Shown: positions 25,222 to 28,131 of the stretch, one piece after another | Layout: every line of letters begins with the position of its first letter | Numbering within the stretch: the first letter of the stretch is position 1 | Assembly: GCA_028712015.1 (NCBI GenBank) | Contig: JAQTRB010000001.1 | Location: 1-28,131, forward strand | Source: Syntrophales bacterium | GTDB taxonomy: Bacteria; Desulfobacterota; Syntrophia; Syntrophales; UBA5619 | Length of the DNA: 28,131 bases | Reading direction: 5' to 3' | The notes under the pieces: generated by a model | The model's input: the letters and a program-made list of their open reading frames with translations, nothing else | Told to the model about the DNA's origin: nothing | Database searches by the model: none | Position numbers and translations under genes: made by a program

Positions 25222-25237
25222 TCTCATAATTGTGAGA
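25222..25237. promoter_or_regulatory. Near-perfect 16-bp palindrome upstream of the plsA-like gene
   Basis: TCTCATAATTGTGAGA; sits next to a candidate minus-strand promoter TTGACA (25264-25259), 17-nt spacer, CATATC (25241-25236). Confidence 0.4.
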
Positions 25238-25347
25238 TATGAGCCGTCTCCTTGCCATTGTCAATATCCATTTTTCTTTTAGACCGCGATGAAATGTCCG
25301 TTGATCGGAAAAACCAAAATGGGGCCAAAGTTGGATGGTTGGATTGT

Positions 25348-25376
25348 TTGCACCTGAATTGCAACTATGCTATGAT
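25348..25376 (+). promoter_or_regulatory. Sigma70 promoter of zur-znuACB overlapped by a candidate Zur box
   Basis: TTGCAC (25348-25353), 17-nt spacer, TATGAT (25371-25376); TGCAC-CTGAA-TTGCA (25349-25363) is one mismatch from a TGCAA-N5-TTGCA palindrome. Confidence 0.6.
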
Positions 25377-25413
25377 CTTCCGTGGAAGTCATGAAGGCGC
25401 TGGAGGAGAAGCC

Positions 25414-25887
25414 ATGGAAAACACCCATTGCGACGCCGTTGAAACCCTGAAGAAGGCGGGGCTTGCGAAAACGAACCAGCGGTTGGCCGTTCTGGAAAGG
25501 TTGATACGCGCCGATCGGCCCCTGAACGCGCAAGAAATCCTGAAGGATGCGGTTGCGGATCTGAGGATCAATCGGGTTACGGTCTACCGAATCCTCGCTT
25601 CCCTGCGCGACGGTGGGGTCATACGGGAGATCGAATCCGGTCAGGGCATGAGTTTTTATGAAATGGCCTGTCTTCACAACCCGATCCATCCCCATTTTCG
25701 CTGCCGTTGCTGCGGCCGCATCCTCTGTATGTCCCCGTTGACCTTGTCCCAGGCCTGGGAATGGTTTGCCCGACCTTATGATTTCTGCGTCGAGGCGGTG
25801 GACATCCGATTGACCGGAATTTGCGACCGCTGCGGTAGGGAAGATAATCGCAACACGTTTGCATCTATAAGGAATCGGCAGCCATGA
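25414..25887 (+). CDS. zur: Fur-family metalloregulator, probably Zur
   Basis: ATG 25414 after GGAGG; GLAKTNQRLAVL, TVYRIL, HPHFRCRCCG, GICDRC; first gene of the znu operon. Confidence 0.82.
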   Translation: MENTHCDAVETLKKAGLAKTNQRLAVLERLIRADRPLNAQEILKDAVADLRINRVTVYRILASLRDGGVIREIESGQGMSFYEMACLHNPIHPHFRCRCCGRILCMSPLTLSQAWEWFARPYDFCVEAVDIRLTGICDRCGREDNRNTFASIRNRQP

Positions 25888-26726
25888 GCAACCTGCTTTG
25901 CCGAATCCTGCTCATTCTTCCGTTTTTTTCGGGAACCGTCGACGCGGTCCATGCGGCCACGGGGGCCGTCTCCGTTGCCGTCAGCATCCTGCCCCAGGCC
26001 TCTTTCGTCGAGCGGATCGCGGGCAAGAGGGCCGCGGTCCATGTCATGATCCCCAAGGGGGCAAGCCCGGAAACCTACGAACCGACACCCCAGCAGCTCG
26101 TGGCCCTGGCGGATTCGCGCATCTACGTCACGGTGGGATCTCCCGATCTTCCCTTCGAGGCGAAGTACCTCCGGACCATAGTCGACCGGAACCGGAAGCT
26201 GGCCCTGGTCAACATGACGGAGGGAGTGACCTTCCGGCCGGAGGACCCTCATGTCTGGACCTCGCCGGCCGCCGTCCGGATCGGAGCCGGAAACATCGCC
26301 CGGGCTCTGATCGCCTACGATCCTTTGCACCGGGAGGAGTACGAGCGCAACCTTGCCGCCTTTCGGAGGGAGATCGACGCCCTGGACGGCGAGATCCGGA
26401 AGGTCCTTTCCGGCAAGAAGGGATATTCTTTCATGGTTTATCACCCGGCCTGGGGATATTTCGCCGACGATTACGGACTGAACCAGTTGGCCGTCGAGGA
26501 GGAGGGAAAGCCGGTCAGCGCCGCCCACATCCGGAAAATGGTGGATCTGGCAAGGGCAAAGGGGATCAAGGCCGTCCTCGTCCAGAAGGGATTCGACATG
26601 AAGAGCGGCCGGACCCTTGCCCGGGAGATTGGAGCCGAAATCGTGGAAACCGATCCCCTGGAGAGGGACTGGCTCAAGGGGATGAGGGCCTTCACCGCCC
26701 TCATCACGCGGATTCTCCGGAAATAG
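25884..26726 (+). CDS. znuA: ZnuA-like Zn/Mn ABC substrate-binding protein
   Basis: Signal peptide, VSILPQ, SPETYEP, DPHVWTSP, YHPAWGYF, EEEGK, DPL; ATGA overlap with zur. Confidence 0.88.
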   Translation: MSNLLCRILLILPFFSGTVDAVHAATGAVSVAVSILPQASFVERIAGKRAAVHVMIPKGASPETYEPTPQQLVALADSRIYVTVGSPDLPFEAKYLRTIVDRNRKLALVNMTEGVTFRPEDPHVWTSPAAVRIGAGNIARALIAYDPLHREEYERNLAAFRREIDALDGEIRKVLSGKKGYSFMVYHPAWGYFADDYGLNQLAVEEEGKPVSAAHIRKMVDLARAKGIKAVLVQKGFDMKSGRTLAREIGAEIVETDPLERDWLKGMRAFTALITRILRK

Positions 26727-26760
26727 AGGAGGCCGGCGGCGAAGCGCCCGGCGGGAACCG

Positions 26761-27525
26761 ATGGATACGCAAAACCTGATCGACATCGAACTTCTCACCT
26801 ACGGTTACGAGGAGACACCCGTCCTGGAGAACGTCTCTCTCCGGATTGCTCCCCGGGACTTCATTCTCATCATCGGCCCGAACGGAGGTGGAAAGACCAC
26901 GCTCCTGAAACTGATCCTCGGCATCATGGCGCCCTGGAGCGGCAAGATCCGCTTCCGCGACGGGGTACGGGAACATCTCGGCTACGTCCCGCAATCCGCC
27001 AATTTCAACCGGAGTTTCCCGATCTGCGTTTTCGACATGGTCCTGACGGGTTTCCTGCGCGCGGATAATCATCTGAAGAGACACACCCTCCGGGAAATGG
27101 AAAAAACGGCAGCCATACTCGAAAAGCTCTCCCTCCATGAAAAGCGGAAGGAGATCATCACCGAACTCTCCGGCGGCGAGCTCCAGAGGGTCTTGATCGC
27201 CCGCGCCCTCGTTGCCGATCCGCTGGCCCTCTTTCTCGATGAACCGACGACGGCGATGGACGTCACCTCCCAGACCGACCTGCTCGATCTTCTGGCGGAG
27301 CTCCAGGAACGGATGGGCATTGTGGTCGTCACCCACGATCCGACACCCTACGCCCACTCCTACCATCATATCGCCTGTCTCAACCGGAACCTTTTTTTCC
27401 ATGAACGGGGAGAGCTTGATTCGGAAACGCTGGAACGTGTCTACGGCTGCCCGGTGGAAATCCTGGGACACGGCATCCCCCACACGCTTCTGGCCGGTCA
27501 CCAGGAACACAAGGAACCGTCATGA
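26761..27525 (+). CDS. znuC: ZnuC-like metal ABC ATP-binding protein
   Basis: GPNGGGKTT, GYVPQ, LSGGELQRVLIARAL, LFLDEPTT, VVTHD, CLNR, C-terminal YGCPVEILGHG. Confidence 0.9.
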   Translation: MDTQNLIDIELLTYGYEETPVLENVSLRIAPRDFILIIGPNGGGKTTLLKLILGIMAPWSGKIRFRDGVREHLGYVPQSANFNRSFPICVFDMVLTGFLRADNHLKRHTLREMEKTAAILEKLSLHEKRKEIITELSGGELQRVLIARALVADPLALFLDEPTTAMDVTSQTDLLDLLAELQERMGIVVVTHDPTPYAHSYHHIACLNRNLFFHERGELDSETLERVYGCPVEILGHGIPHTLLAGHQEHKEPS

Positions 27526-28131
27526 GGGAAATTCTCTCCTATGAATTCATGCAGAACGCGATCTTCGCCGGAATTCTGGCGAGCGTCCTCTGCGGCATGG
27601 TCGGTCCTTTCATCGTGGCCAGGAGAATGGTCTTCATCAGCGGCGGTCTCAGCCACACGGCGTTCGGCGGCCTGGGAATCGCTTACTGGCTGGGCATCCA
27701 CCCGCTGATCGGGGCAACGGGTTTCGTCCTGGCGGCCGCTGTTCTCATCAGCCGTCTGCAGGAGAAACGGCTCAGCCAAAACGACCTATTCATCGGCATC
27801 CTCTGGACCGTCGGCGTGGCGATCGGGATCGTCTTCATCCACATTACGCCCGGCTACGCCCCCGACCTGATGGCCTTCCTCTTCGGGAACATCCTGATCG
27901 TTCCCCGGACGGATGTGGTCATCATGCTGATCCTCGTGTTGATCGTCTGCGGGGCCGTGGCGCTGTTTTACAATGGATTTATCGCAATCGCGCTCGACGA
28001 GGAGTACGCCCGGGCCATGCGACTGCCCGTCGCCGCCTTGAAGATGGGACTGATGATCCTGACCGCCCTGACCATCGTGACGCTCATCCAGGTGGTGGGA
28101 ATTCTGCTGGTCATCGCGCTTCTGACCATCC
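27522..28131 (+). CDS. znuB: ZnuB-like metal ABC permease (truncated by window edge)
   Basis: ATGA overlap with znuC; reads MREILSYEFMQNAIFAGILASVLCGMVGPFIVARRMVFISGGLSHTAFGG..GYAPDLMAFLFGNIL; frame open to the end. Not in the supplied ORF track. Confidence 0.9.
   Translation, partial: MREILSYEFMQNAIFAGILASVLCGMVGPFIVARRMVFISGGLSHTAFGGLGIAYWLGIHPLIGATGFVLAAAVLISRLQEKRLSQNDLFIGILWTVGVAIGIVFIHITPGYAPDLMAFLFGNILIVPRTDVVIMLILVLIVCGAVALFYNGFIAIALDEEYARAMRLPVAALKMGLMILTALTIVTLIQVVGILLVIALLTI

Noticed and set aside
1-28131. Mobile elements, integrases, CRISPR arrays, tRNA or rRNA genes
   Set aside because: No transposase or integrase ORF, terminal repeats, spaced repeat array or structural RNA signature was seen by eye; tRNAscan-SE and Rfam were not run.

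Overview
GC-rich bacterial chromosomal segment, most likely from an anaerobe (Desulfobacterota/Syntrophales-like; this is inference from gene content only). The left 17.4 kb is a single minus-strand catabolic island. In transcription order it holds a SauS-type CoA-acylating aldehyde dehydrogenase, a five-gene TauT/NitT-family ABC importer (2 ATPases, 1 binding protein, 2 permeases), a taurine:pyruvate aminotransferase (Tpa)-like enzyme, then (behind its own sigma70 promoter) a fused alpha+beta family I CoA-transferase, a tripartite tricarboxylate transporter (tctCBA), a degraded gene relic, an atypical thiolase, a GntR/FCD regulator and a second TTT system running off the left edge. The right 10.5 kb holds a LysM-NlpC/P60 peptidase, rlmN, a patatin phospholipase behind a 1434-aa PlsA/Ger-like ether-lipid enzyme, and zur-znuACB (znuB truncated by the window edge). 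Top leads: (1) a Tpa + SauS + CoA-transferase route for taurine or a related omega-amino acid, with no C-S lyase and no acyl-CoA ligase in the window; (2) an ABC importer whose two ATPases put all their degenerate motifs into one composite site; (3) a PlsA/Ger-like gene in an apparent operon with patatin. No rRNA, tRNA, CRISPR array or mobile element was seen. All family assignments come from motifs and remembered homolog sequences, not database searches.
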